Positions 1 through 13,269 of a stretch of 58,761 bases of DNA are shown here, one piece after another. The notes below the pieces were generated by a model. That model made no database searches. It worked only from the letters and a program-made list of their open reading frames with translations, and had not been told where the DNA came from. The DNA is from Octopus bimaculoides (Eukaryota). The position numbers and the translations under genes are program-made. Positions within the stretch are counted from its first letter, which is position 1. The number at the start of each line of letters is the position of its first letter. The stretch lies in contig NC_068981.1 in assembly GCF_001194135.2 (NCBI RefSeq), positions 46,352,414 through 46,411,174 on the forward strand, written 5' to 3'.

Positions 1-59
1 ATATATATATATATATATACATTTCATGGGCATTTTAAAACATAATTCAAGTGTATGAT

Positions 60-360
60 GTTGAGATACCTTTAGTATTACTGCTGCTGATATTGCGAGC
101 AGTCAAACTTACGTCTCAAGACATTCAAGAGGTTAAATCAGATATCTATTTGAAAACCTTTGTATCCAAGACTTCTGAATGGTTTCAATTATTAAGTCGG
201 TGCGACATTGTTCAAGGAATATTTATTTGATATTAGAATCTCGCTGAATGCTTACCTCGAGGATTTATCTTTGACGTCCATATTTGGCTTTTGATATTTT
301 ATAAAACACATCATCTCAATGCTTAACGAGGTGCGTTTTTAGTTTTCTTTACTAACCACC
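60..360 (-). pseudogene. Possible decayed pogo/Tigger (CENP-B-like HTH) transposase N-terminus
   Basis: Minus frame continuing past the stop of ORF 339..539 reads SKEN*KRTSLSIEMMCFIKYQKPN...SEILISNKYS, resembling the CENP-B/Tigger N-terminal pattern KRxxLTIExK...SEILKNK; a shifted frame then gives AISAAVILK (cf. PISGPILxEKA). Several stops; similarity judged by eye. Confidence 0.35.
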
Positions 361-401
361 AACAGGATTTTAAAGCACAATAACACAATGGCAATAGGCA
401 A

Positions 402-637
402 TCGAAGTAGTACATGAAGCTTCAGAGTGAATACAAAAGAGTCCCAAAAATAAACAATGGGAATAGGGAATATGAACGAATCATGGCCTAGAGAAGGTGC
501 CATGATGCTTAATATATTATAATTCATACCATCTTCCATCGTACGGTTTGAAGTCCAAAGGCAAAAGCCTATTAACTTTTTTTTATTTTTGGGACGCTTT
601 TGTATTCACTCTAATGAAGTTCCATGTACTAGTTCGA
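402..637. repeat. Inverted repeat, about 54-bp arms (402-454 / 582-637), about 127-bp spacer
   Basis: tcgaagtagtacatgaagcttcagagtgaatacaaaagagtcccaaaaataaa matches the reverse complement of 582-637 (tcgaactagtacatggaacttcattagagtgaatacaaaagcgtcccaaaaataaa) with a few substitutions and a 2-nt indel. Confidence 0.9.
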
Positions 638-1538
638 ATATCCTATGAAGATGAAGAATATTATTTTCGTAATTCCTTCTTAGGTACCGACTAGCATTGG
701 AAGCGGAAACGGCTGTGAGTATTGTTATGTCACAGAAATGTCGTGTCATATTTTGCATTAAAAAATCATCTACAGATGTGGTCCAATTGGTTTATCTCTT
801 GATCGAAAATTTTCTCCATTTTCTGATTTTTTTAAATTTGATTCCTGATNNNNNNNNNNNNNNNNNNNNNNNNNNNNNNNNNNNNNNNNNNNNNNNNNNN
901 NNNNNNNNNNNNNNNNNNNNNNNNNNNNNNNNNNNNNNNNNNNNNNNNNNNNNNNNNNNNNNNNNNNNNNNNNNNNNNNNNNNNNNNNNNNNNNNNNNNN
1001 NNNNNNNNNNNNNNNNNNNNNNNNNNNNNNNNNNNNNNNNNNNNNNNNNNNNNNNNNNNNNNNNNNNNNNNNNNNNNNNNNNNNNNNNNNNNNNNNNNNN
1101 NNNNNNNNNNNNNNNNNNNNNNNNNNNNNNNNNNNNNNNNNNNNNNNNNNNNNNNNNNNNNNNNNNNNNNNNNNNNNNNNNNNNNNNNNNNNNNNNNNNN
1201 NNNNNNNNNNNNNNNNNNNNNNNNNNNNNNNNNNNNNNNNNNNNNNNNNNNNNNNNNNNNNNNNNNNNNNNNNNNNNNNNNNNNNNNNNNNNNNNNNNNN
1301 NNNNNNNNNNNNNNNNNNNNNNNNNNNNNNNNNNNNNNNNNNNNNNNNNNNNNNNNNNNNNNNNNNNNNNNNNNNNNNNNNNNNNNNNNNNNNNNNNNNN
1401 NNNNNNNNNNNNNNNNNNNNNNNNNNNNNNNNNNNNNNNNNNNNNNNNNNNNNNNNNNNNNNNNNNNNNNNNNNNNNNNNNNNNNNNNNNNNNNNNNNNN
1501 NNNNNNNNNNNNNNNNNNNNATATATATATATATATAA

Positions 1539-1599
<61 letters not shown>

Positions 1600-2065
1600 A
1601 AGACAGATAAATAGATAGACACACATTTAGCTAGATAGATAGATATATAGACAAAGGGTTGTATGCAAGGTGGATGCAGTGTAATTTGCAGTACAGTATT
1701 TTAGAATCAGTGTCCAGTGTAATAGCTCACCCCTTTACCCAAACTGCGTAATAAAATGATTGCTAAAAAATTAAGATTAATGATGGATTATTAGATCCAT
1801 ATTGTTAGAAATTATCCGAATAACTACAAAATTATCGTGCAAAATTATTTCCATCAATGTATGTCGCTTCAAATCAACTAATGAGGGCTGTAACTACTTA
1901 CTAAGTTGTTACATAGCCACTTAAAATTTACGTATTAAATACTTTCGAAATACCAATTACTGGTTTTGTGACAACAATGTCTACAAGGGAAGCCGAATCA
2001 GAATATAATATAATTAGTTAACTAATATAATGAACTATAGAAAAACATGACTAATCATATTTCCA

Positions 2066-2425
2066 TGCGGCTGATTCTCAAGATGCATGGTTACGTTTCA
2101 CGTTGAGCAACTGTCCTCTACTATAGCTTCAGGCAAGCGAGGCCTTGTGAGTGGATTTGGTAGAGAGAAATTGAAAACCGGCCGTATATATATATACTAT
2201 ACAACTGTGCGTATCTGCCTTTATTCGTGTCTGTGTTTGCACCCCACCATCGATTGACAACTGGTGTTCGTGTGTTTCCATCCTTGTAACTTAGCGATTG
2301 GGCAAAAGCACTTGATAGAAAATAACTCATCTTAATAATATAAGTACTGGGTTTTACTCGTTCGACTAATATTCCTTTATGTTGGTGCCCTAACATGTCT
2401 GCAGTCTAATGACAAACAAATAAAT
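2066..2425 (+). mobile_element. Degenerate tRNA-derived SINE, family A (octopus-type)
   Basis: Colinear with the well-preserved copy at 43829-44246: ctactatagc...gccttgtgagtggatttggtaga...catcgattgacaac...gtaacttagcgattgggcaaaag...ttcgacta...gcagtctaatgac. Confidence 0.8.
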
Positions 2426-2651
2426 ATGTAGTTACTCAACTTGTCATCTTCAATTTGTTGGGCAATTTGCAATGTAAATCATTAACGATTATGAAAGTTT
2501 CGGTTTCAGACATAATATGCAAATTTTACGCTTATTAAGCAGTACACATATTAGTTTTCACAAATCTCTTTTCCTCAGCACACAAGTACACACACATACA
2601 CACGGATAACCACATTCGTAAAGATATACACATCCACTCATACACCCAAAC

Positions 2652-2706
<55 letters not shown>

Positions 2707-2720
2707 AGTATATAAAATTG

Positions 2721-3404
2721 AAGTAGATGTATGCTGTCAACTTAATGTGAGAGTCCCATTTTGGGAATAATACTACTGCTATTTAGCCCGAGGTAGCAGC
2801 ACCGCTTCCTGTCGGCCTTGACATATTTACTGTGTCCTTATGATTAAAAGGGGGAGATAAGTACCTCCACCAACCTAAGCCTGCATCCAGAGACTAATTT
2901 CTGAGTCATTGCTCGTCTTCAGTACCATGGTGTAGCATGGTTTGCTAGTTGGAAATGCCAATCTAGCTCTTGTAAACATATAATTATTCCAGTGAAGTAC
3001 ATTCACTGATTTCAAAAATAGAAATAAGACATTTCTAAATCTCTCAGAGAGACATGAAGTATTTATATGCTGTCAACTTAATGTGACAATCCCATTTTAG
3101 GAATAATACATCTCCAACTAGCAAGCCTTGCTATTCTAGACTGATGATGAGCAATGTCTCAGAAAACCAGTCTCTGGATGCAGGCTTACGTGGGTGGAGG
3201 TGCTTATCCCCACCCTCCTTGTAAACATAAGGGTACAGGAAATGTGACAAGGCTGACTGGAAGTGGTGCTGCTTCCTAGTGCTAAATAGCAGTTGTATTA
3301 TTCCCAAAATGGGACTGTCACATTAGGTTGACAGCATACAACTACTTTATCGTATCACTACTGCCTAAATCTCTCTGAGAGATTTAGAAATGTATTCTTT
3401 CTAT
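2721..3404. mobile_element. Fold-back element: about 230-bp inverted arms (2721-2953 / 3113-3347) plus a nested second inverted pair (3018-3110 / 3293-3404)
   Basis: Hand alignment of 2721-2953 to the reverse complement of 3113-3347 gives roughly 80-85% identity end to end. 3056-3110 is a third copy of the arm start, and 3018-3052 is the reverse complement of 3370-3404. Confidence 0.92.
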
Positions 3405-4266
3405 ATATAAAATTAATTAGAGAAGAAACATCAAATTCGAGAAAACGACGTTATATGACACTACGCTTCCATACATTTGATCATATATAAATATGACCAT
3501 GGCCTTTAACATATAAAGAATACATATATAAAAATCTTAGAAAGTAAAAAATAAATAAATAAAAATGCAATTATATAGAACGGCCTATCAAGTAGGTATA
3601 TACAGTCGACTAAAAATTCTAACGCGTGTCATGCAATTAAAAATCTGAAGGAAATAAAATATCAATCGACTAAAAAATTTTCTTATTCCCCACAATTAAA
3701 AATATGCTAAAAAAGTTCATTTCATAAAACCAAGGTAGGTTGGAGTCGAAAAGCATAAGAGAGTTCCACAAATTCAAGTCAAACATGTCTATGACCATTT
3801 CAGGAGTTCACTGCTGTGGTTGGATTACGAGTCAAGGTGCATCTCGGGAGTGCCCCCACATCAGGATGAGCAGATATCTCAACAATTAGTCATTCACGGG
3901 AATTACAAAACGTCTTCACACCTGATCTAAAGATAATAATCTATCGTAAGACCAGTCCAAGTTTTCTAGCACACAGTTTTAAACATTTTTTTGTCTTAGA
4001 AAATGTGGACTCGTCCTGCGATAGATTATTATCGTTACATTTTATATAATAAATGGTTTTTTTTTTATCTATGTCTCAATTTCATTTGAGCACTTCTTTT
4101 TTGCAATCTTATAAACCATTTTGTCTCCATCAAATAAGGCAAAAATTATTTCTCNNNNNNNNNNNNNNNNNNNNNNNNNNNNNNNNNNNNNNNNNNNNNN
4201 NNNNNNNNNNNNNNNNNNNNNNNNNNNNNNNNNNNNNNNNNNNNNNNNNNNNNNNNNNNNNNNNNN

Positions 4267-4304
<38 letters not shown>

Positions 4305-4424
4305 CATGCATACATATATATATGTATGTATGGTTTTTATTTTGAGTTTACAAGCCGTTTGCTAGCAAAGCAACATGACATTTTAAGTTAAGAGAGTTCC
4401 GCATGTTAATAGATATGCGGTTTA

Positions 4425-4475
4425 AGTTGATGTGTTGACAGAACAGTTGATGTGCTGACAGAACAGTCGATGTGT
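4425..4475 (+). repeat. 20-bp tandem repeat, about 2.5 copies
   Basis: agttgatgtgttgacagaac / agttgatgtgctgacagaac / agtcgatgtgt. Confidence 0.85.
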
Positions 4476-6240
4476 GTGCCTCTATTCGCATAAGAATCTC
4501 ACATGGAGAATTTCTAGAAGGTAATACAGATATTCACCGTGCCCCTAATAGATTGGATTTGGAGAGCCTGCGTTAGTTCGTTTTGCTCTTCCTCTGTGAA
4601 ACCGAGTATTTTGTGAAAATGTGTTGGTGCATAATATAATGCACTTATGATGGTATGTACAATTCAGAATTCATATTCAGAGTACAAAAGCCATATGCTC
4701 CGCATTTAGTAGCCATAAATGTTGTGTATGTATATCTGTTTGCATGGATGTATATACATATGTATGTGTGTATGTTTGGAGGTAAGAATCCATGTATTTA
4801 TATGTAGTTATGTATATACTGAGAAATGTTTTGAGAGTACTGTACTTAGAGGATGTATTATGTTGAGATTCTTTAATGCGCACCAGGGCTTACAGACAAC
4901 ATTAGAAGTGCTATTTTTATCCAGTCTCTCACCTTCTAAACAAGGGTAGGTGCGTGCGTGTACATCTACATGTACTAACGCACTACTTTGCTAGTCCTTG
5001 CATCATGAGGTGGACTTTGAAACAGAAATGGGACTAACATAGACGAAGTCACAATTTTATCTTTAATAGTGAATTGTGATTTGTTAATATAGGAATGTTC
5101 TGCCAATGTTACATAATTTTTGTTTAATGTAACATAATGTACAATAGTACCACCAGAGTAGCATAACAGTAAGGGCGCAAATAAGAATAATAAATTGAAC
5201 AATAGATATATCAAGAGCAATGACAACAGCAACGACTTATATACATCTAGTAACTGAATTATTTCACGACAGTACATTTCCTTCTTTTACTTATGTGTTG
5301 TATCATATAATCCAATATTAAAAAGTCGTAATTAATTGCACTCAAGAATTCGTAACCTAATGAGTATATTGACAAGTGCCAAGGCGGTAATCTATATCGA
5401 ATAGAAAACCTCTTGTGATCAACGATAAATTGTCCAAATTGTTTGTCTCCAGAACATTATACATCTATCAAAAATAAGTATTTAACACTTATAAAAGATA
5501 TTTCTCTTGCCAAGCCGTTAATAATACGAAAGATTAATATTTAAGTATACGTTTACGACAACAGGGGTTCGTATTTGGATATACAGCAATTCTCTAATCG
5601 TTTTATTGTATGTTGTTCTATCAAAGCTAACATCTTTATTTGATGTAAACTACAATCAATTCTCACAGAAACCCGAACCAAAATAGCATCAAGATATAAA
5701 CAACCTAATCGATTGCTGCTGATAATATCTGAGCGTTAGAGGTTACTAATATTGTGTCAGGAAAAAAATACACGATTTCCTTCAAAGGAATATATATTAC
5801 TGCTTAAACAACTTACTATACATGAACATGATATGAAAGCCACTCGTAATTTGTACAAAATCTTAAATTGCATTTCCATGTGATGCGCAGCTGTAGAAAT
5901 GCCACTGTCCTAGTTTATAGCCACACTAGGAACAGAGGTAAACAGATGTTGGGGTACCCCGTATAATTTAGGTTGTAAAGACATGACGTACCTTACCTTT
6001 TTGCAAGTGAGCCAAGCTGCACATATCCCTTTACGATAATTATGGTATATCATAATATTAGTTAGAAAGAATACAATCTTTAAAATGACCACATAATAAT
6101 ATACTGAAATTGTTCGTTCGGTGATAAGATAAGTTGACTTGTTAAGTGAATATTTTACGTTATTTTGTGTAAGAAATTTCGTTAAAATATTTTCAAACTA
6201 ACACTCGTATGCAAACTTGTTGCTATTATTTGATATTTTC

Positions 6241-6815
6241 ACCCGAACGATTTTCACTAATATAAAAGAAACTCTGATATTTTTTCGCGTGGAATCAAGT
6301 ACTCTGACCTCCTAATATGCTGCAAACCACTTAATTTGATTTGGAACAAAATTGGAGTGGGGAACGGACCACCCCCCACACACACACACTATCCTGGAAT
6401 CATTGGAATTTCTTTTCGTTCAATGAATTCTGGTCACCACCTAATGTGCTACAAAACCCAATTTAGGGTTCAGAAAACGGGGTGAGGTGAGGTGGGGGCC
6501 TCGGAAATTTCATCCTCACCCCATTGATCTTTTTACCCGCACGGTTTTCACAAAGAACAAAAAACTCGGATTTTTTCGCATAGAATCAAGTACCCTGACC
6601 TAATATACTGCAAATCCCTTATATTTGTTCGTTAAAAAGATGGGGGGAGGGGCCCGTATTCCCCCCCCCACAACCCCATATCCCGGAATCATTACAATTT
6701 TGTTTTTTCTCTCAATGAATTCCGGTGACTTCCTAATATGCTACAAAACCCTTTTTGGGATCTGGAAAACGGGGTGGGGAAAGGTTGAAGCCTCGGAAAA
6801 TTTACCCACTCCCAA
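6241..6815 (+). repeat. Two diverged tandem copies of an about 294-bp unit with G/C-run-rich interiors; probably the internal repeat of a non-autonomous transposon
   Basis: cccgaacgattttcac...tttttcgcgtggaatcaagtactctgacc...caatgaattctggtcacc...aaaacggggtg...gcctcggaaattt (6241-6534) recurs as cccgcacggttttcac...tttttcgcatagaatcaagtaccctgacc...caatgaattccggtgac...aaaacggggtg...gcctcggaaaattt (6535-6815). Confidence 0.85.
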
Positions 6816-9800
6816 CATTTTACAAAAATACACTTCCAGAGTCTGAACTACGTGGTTCGTTATTAAATATATAGAGAAACTGACCGTTGTACTGTGTATG
6901 TTTGGTATATATATTTATACAAATAATAGCATGTATATATATATTTACTGATGATAAAAGAATATCCTAAATTTATAGACTATATCTTATGTGTATAATA
7001 AATTTAAAAAAAAACGTTTTTTTCTAATACACTACTGTGTGTGAGTGAGATAGAGAGAGGGGGGGAGCGAGGAGAGGTATCTGTTCAAAATACTTGGATC
7101 AGTACCTGGATAGATATTCATTTATCTCCTCGAAGAAAAAGTTGTATTGTATGTTCCAATAATTTTCTCAATAAGTTATCAACAGCTAGTTTTCGAGATA
7201 TCAGCATAGTTAACTATAAAGTAATTAACGCCAAATCTCCAAAAACATACTTTGACATTCCTGTAATAGACTTGTATGTAACATAGTCTAGAAACATTTA
7301 TTCCACAAGAAAATATATTGTAACCGATAACATAAGATACTTACAGTGCTAGTTGGTAAAATACTCTTAAGTTATAGGTTTATTTTTCTGGAATGAGAAA
7401 CACTAATTAAATCTTGAATCCTTCTACTCCTAACAAACAAATATAGTTCATACTAATTAACGTTCAAATCTACTGGTAGTCAAATATCACTGGCAGCACA
7501 CGTTCCAAACTTACCCCACCGCAAACAGCCAGACGAGTAACTGTATTCTTCATTTTAAGTGTGTGTCTCTTCCCAAAATCCCCATACATAAACTAGTTTT
7601 TATTTTTCCCAAACACCTCAATGGGCTTACTCGGAGCCACTCTGCTGCTATCCGAGCAAATGAATGGCTAGAACGCCTGGATCTTCTCGATCACACACAA
7701 ATATCTTTGACATTTAGCACATAGCGCAATCTCGTAATACCAATATCTATTCTGCAAAGAATGTTGTCCTTATATGAGAGCTAGTTGTTCTCTCATCACT
7801 TCTAATCAGACATCCTAGACGTCCTTGCGTTACTTCTCTCCGCAATAATCTCTTTGGTCAGTCCATACTACACATAAGCTTGTCCCTCAGAAACAATTTC
7901 TCTACTCCTTGCTGGCGTTCAACTGCAACAATTTAAACGGAATATTAACATCGTAATCCCCGGTCGTAAACCATGGTGACTGCCCTCTTCTTTAGACATA
8001 GTGAGGAAAACCTAGATGAGGTAGTCCTTGGAATATTGTATAATACATTTCTAGGACAATACACGTGGCGTATAAGCGATAAAATGCTCATAAATTAAGG
8101 ACTCATGTAAGGAAAGAATAGAATAAAATATTTTGTACAAAAATGAATCATTTTCGTACAACAGTCACTCAATGAATTCATAGGACGTGCTTCAGGTTAG
8201 CGGTCGAGCATCACAATTCAGCACACGAATTTGTTATGGCATTTATCTTGATCCTTAGTTTTTTGTCAAGTATACAACCAACGTAGTTCATGTTAATATT
8301 TTCTGTAATATTTTTTCCTCAAATCTATGCTTCTCTTAGTTATCTCAAACAAATATGACCCAACTTATTTCATTGGATCTCTTTGTCTTTCCTTAGATCT
8401 TACATCATCATTCATGGCATAGTTATTTTGCCTTTTTCGCTGTAGTATCCAGTACTAAATGTCGTAAAGAAAAAGATAGACAATTAATCTGTACAACAGT
8501 GTACAACTTTCAAGGAAATCTTTTCGAAATCCTAGTTTCAAATTTATGTGTAACATTTCACTACTATAATGCAAATTTCAATTTTATTTTCGATATCTCA
8601 TTTGCACTTGCTGATGTCGTTCATGAGACATGAAAATTTCAAAAGGGAAACGATTGTATTAAATTATATCATATCGTAAAATGTTGCGGGAAAGTAGATT
8701 TTCACTCATTGCACTTGTGAAGTATTTATGTCAGACTGCATTGTGGACAGTACCATTATCTACAATTCATTTCATATCGAACCATGCCATAATGACCTTC
8801 GTGTAACGAGTCAAGATTTGAAGTTGTAATATTTTCAGAATGCTTGCTGTAGGACAATTTGACAGTAAAATAAATATTTCTTTTTCATAATACTCTATTA
8901 CGTCTCGTTATTCTAGTGCTTTTCTTATATTTTCATCTTCAACGTTCAGTTTTCTCCAGCCACCTATTATCGACATTTATTTAAACACTGAAATAATACC
9001 ATTATCAGCGTTTATAGCTGATTCGATTTTTTTTAACAAATAACTGGCATTGAACCAAAACTTGATCAATGATTTAATACGTTTATGCTTTTTATGACTT
9101 TAGTCAAAATAGTAATCAGGCCCGATTCGTTGCCTTGATAAGGTATCAGAATGTTATATTACAACGAAGTTTTAGACGGTATTGTATATTTAAAGGATGT
9201 CAATGACATTTTTCAACGTTACAGTAGTTATGGTGGAAGTACAGATATATGTTTATCCATGTGGGTGTATGTGGGTGTATGTGTATTGCTGGCTGGTGAT
9301 AGGCGTTTAATTGAAAATGTCGTCCATGTAGGAATTTGTTCTATTCAACTAGACTGAAAATGATGGCATATCTAGTCCCACTTTATCTATTTGCAAGTAT
9401 TGCTGTTGGTTCAATGTTTTCATACGTGAGTGAATGGAAGTTGAACTGAAATTACACATCGGAATAGAAATGCTTCAACACTCACAAGAAACACATCTGC
9501 AACGAAAGTTTGTGGTACATTGTGCGTTGCAATCTCTGCGTTCTTAATTTATTTCACTTCAACTCATTAACAATCACCTGACAATTTAATGGTACTTGGT
9601 TTTCGTTAACTCGTAGAAATATGCTGTAAGTTTTTATAGGTATTTCGTGAATATGAGGTAATATCCGACTTCCAAAACAGATCCTAAAAACGTACTCGCA
9701 ATTTATGATTAGTAATTTCTAATATGATTGGTATTTTTCCGGTTAATATTTTCCAGTTTGCATTGATGCAATATATTCCACTTCTCTACTAAATAAACAT

Positions 9801-10436
9801 GGTATTGTTCTTTATGGTATATAAGATATAGTTTTGTAACCGGTTAAATATTTATTCTAAATTATTCAGATTGTTTCCACAAGTCGTTCAGATAGCGATG
9901 ACATTATTCATATATAGACAAAAATATTTTGTTCCAACTATTTTACCAAGAAGACGTATATTAGAATCGCGAATGGGATACGTTTATAATTTGAATGACT
10001 ATATAGCGTGTTTATCACGTGTAAATTTGTGATCCTTCTGAAAGTTTGACTGTTAAAGATGTACATTTAAAAATTAACTGCGAAGAGTTTTCTCAACGTT
10101 TCAGATTGTGACATAATCCATCATGTCCTAGTATTAGATAAGAACATTCTACGTTAGTTTCGTTTTGATTTATTTCAAAACGGTTATAGCTTTGAATCTT
10201 GCAGTTTGGTTTCAATGCAGCGCTAATAGATGAAGATCAGATGCTGTAATAGGGTGGTTCTAATATACCGTCTGCTGCTCATTTTCTAATTATTCCTTTT
10301 TTTAACCAAGCATCTGGAGATATTTTGGAATACTTAGCCCATAGATAGAAGCAATAACATTATTGAGCATTGACAACAATGACATTAGTATCAGTATCAT
10401 TTTTTTATTTATTTATTCAGTTCACACACACACACA

Positions 10437-10476
<40 letters not shown>

Positions 10477-12231
10477 TACACACATATATATATATGCATT
10501 ATGCCGACCAAAAATTTAAGTTTATAGTTTCAGATTGCAACCTTGGATACATTCGCTAAATCTCCCATTTTCCACATGATTCATATGTATTTTCGTCAAT
10601 GGATAAACTTTCGTTTCTCTTGTATAACTCGATGATATAGAGTATTATGTAATGTTAAATTCGTTGGTCGTTGATGTAGTAACGGTGAGTTTGTGTTCAG
10701 CTTTTGCACCACAAACTGTAGATTTGGCTACAATTCATAGACTAGAGAGAGAGGGGAGAGAGGGAGAGAAAGAGAAATGTAAGTTATTTCTGCAAGTTGC
10801 TTAATCGTGACAATTCGGCTGCATAATCCTAAAATTGGCCTTCTCATACAGGCGATGACATTTCGGTTAAACAATAATATGTTTCGTCCATATTGACACG
10901 CCTTCATTACACATTGGTTAAAAAATATTAATTAATAACAGTCAGAATGTGCAGGGTTTTTCTCTTATTCTTAGGGGCGAACGTTTGAATTGTTATGCTG
11001 CTTGTTTTATGACCAATCCTCTTAACTAAATAATATCTTTACTCATCAACAACCGCAATTGTTTTCGCTTTACAGAGTGCATTAAGGCATTTAAAATAAA
11101 GTCCTAAGTTATGATTCTTATCGAATTTCTAATAAATGAGTGCACATATGTTTGAACTCATCTGTTGACCAATAATGGGTTTGTGAAATGGTACAGATAT
11201 TTTCTTTTATATGTTGTGGTGAATTCAGCATATATTCTATTTGATTGTGGTAAATGCATTGTTACTCCTTCGTTTGAAGGAATGCTGACGATATCTTAAT
11301 GTTTGCCATTCGAATTAATTTTACAAAGGATTTTACAAATTATTTCGAAGTAATAATCTGTCATAAATAGTCGTTACTAATTAAAGCAAACAGTAATATT
11401 TATGGAATCTGCTATAGTTCAGAAGTTCACACTCAAATCTCTCTCTGTGCTAAAGAAACTTTATCCAATAGCGGAAATGATGTGGAAAAACTGACCATTT
11501 AATAGATGTACTCATGGTCTCACTTGGAAACTACAAGCACAAATTTGTTTTCGGTAATATGTACATAACATTTGTACCAATTTTGTTGTACCAACAAATA
11601 TAATGCTATTGTTACGACACTTTTACGTTACGTTCCTTTTTTTTTTTTTCTAGAAATGATTTTTTTAGAGACATATTATATCTGGAAATCTACTACCTAC
11701 TTGATAAATAAGGAACAGGCGTGCTCCGTACAAGTTAACAAACATTCATTTAATTCGACTTATGATTTTGTTACTCGGCAGTGTCATACAAATATAGCGA
11801 CACCTCATATGATTTATTATATATATCACTTTGATAAATACTTCATTTCTGGACTGGCAGTATCTCACGATTATTTCGATATCTTCTAATGATGAAGATT
11901 GTTCGTAACAAAATGATGTATCATAGTAAGATTAATGAATAAACCATACTTTCCGCATAGCAATTGATTGAATGCAAATTGTTAGAACTCAGGTCTCGCG
12001 TGGTTTATAGTTCATGCTAGATAGTCCTCCGATAATGAGAAATAACGTTATAATATATGGCGATTACACTACATGGCTGATGAATTCTTCAAATGAAGGA
12101 TGCATAAAACAATCATTGATTCGGTTCTATGTTGAGAATATATAATCAAATTTAATGTGCAATTTAATAGGAATCCTCTAAGTTAGGTTAACGACGAAGA
12201 ACAGTAGACTGTATCACATACAGAAATAAAT

Positions 12232-12285
<54 letters not shown>

Positions 12286-13269
12286 TAACATTATGCTACA
12301 TTATATTATATCATGTTGTATTATATCATATTACCATATAGGATATTAGTGTAATATTTCGGTAGTAATTGTGTAATACACTACACTATTACTATGCAAC
12401 ATGTGTTTGGAAACCTTTCAAGTATAACAAAGGACAAATATTCCTAATGTGATGTCGTGAAACACATCTCGATTGCGGCTCCTTCAAGAAATATGTGTCT
12501 TAATTTTGCTTTTATTTTCTTATACTTTGAAATTCTGTTTTCCTGCCCGAAATTATCAAATAGAATATTCTAGTAGCCACTTGATTATTAATGGTGCTAC
12601 TTGATATGATTTTGAAATTTGTGTTATAGCAAAGTTGTCTGAATGTATTACTTAATGGGATTTATTTTCTATACGAAATAATAGAACTTCTTTATTTTAT
12701 TAACATTCCATAACGTTTCTATGTGTGTTCGTATCTTTTCTTAAAAATATCGAAGATCGTGCATGCATGCTGGTTGTGGCTTCCCCTCGTTCCTTCTCGT
12801 ATTCATACCCAATGTTTCATTTATATTAAACTCTCTCACAGATTCTTTTGCCCCCTTCCTGTGTAGAACATAATTTTAAAGTTTACTATTTCGATCTAGA
12901 GGGGGCGAAATCTCCTTTATTTTTGATGGGCATAAGAAACTGCTGATAACTAACACTCAAGGGTCATTTCATCGTGCATTTCTCCAGCTGCCTAAGGAAT
13001 GGAATTAAAATAAAATTAAATTAACAAAGAACGCTGTAACAAAAATATTATGACTTCATCGTATATCTAAATGATGCACGTAACGTAGAAAATATCACCT
13101 TATTAGAAGCCCCGGCAAAGTAAAACCGTATTAGCTGTAGAATATATGAGATCAATAGACGTATAAGTAAAAAAAGTAATAGATATTATTAATTCCAATA
13201 TATATAATGCCATTTCCGTTTTATATATTTTACATAGTTTTGTTCATTCAATTTCTATTTTATTTCACC

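Noticed and set aside
1740-1830. IAKKL(K)IND, resembling the PLE IAxxLxIDDR motif
   Set aside because: A single short motif needing a frameshift; unsupported.
5045-5100. AU-rich hairpin aagtcacaatt...aattgtgattt
   Set aside because: Only 11 contiguous pairs plus weak extensions, with no match to a miRNA I recognise.
4975-5277. 100-aa minus ORF with a hydrophobic Leu-rich stretch
   Set aside because: Hydrophobicity follows from an A-rich plus strand; no recognisable domain or convincing splice context.
6105-6125. ttgttcgttcgg, resembling the miR-375 5' end
   Set aside because: Only a 12-nt match and no hairpin.
7600-8040. GC-richer island, possibly an RTE 3' end on the minus strand (GLTKEIIAERS cf. 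GLTxExAxDR)
   Set aside because: Too decayed to support as a feature.
8708-8721. cattgcacttgt, the miR-25/92 5' sequence
   Set aside because: The 3' half diverges and no complementary 5' arm forms upstream.
9165-9240. LDGIVYLKDVNDIFQRY, EF-hand-like
   Set aside because: The loop residues are incomplete, the splice sites are unconvincing, and the ORF runs into a GT-rich repeat.
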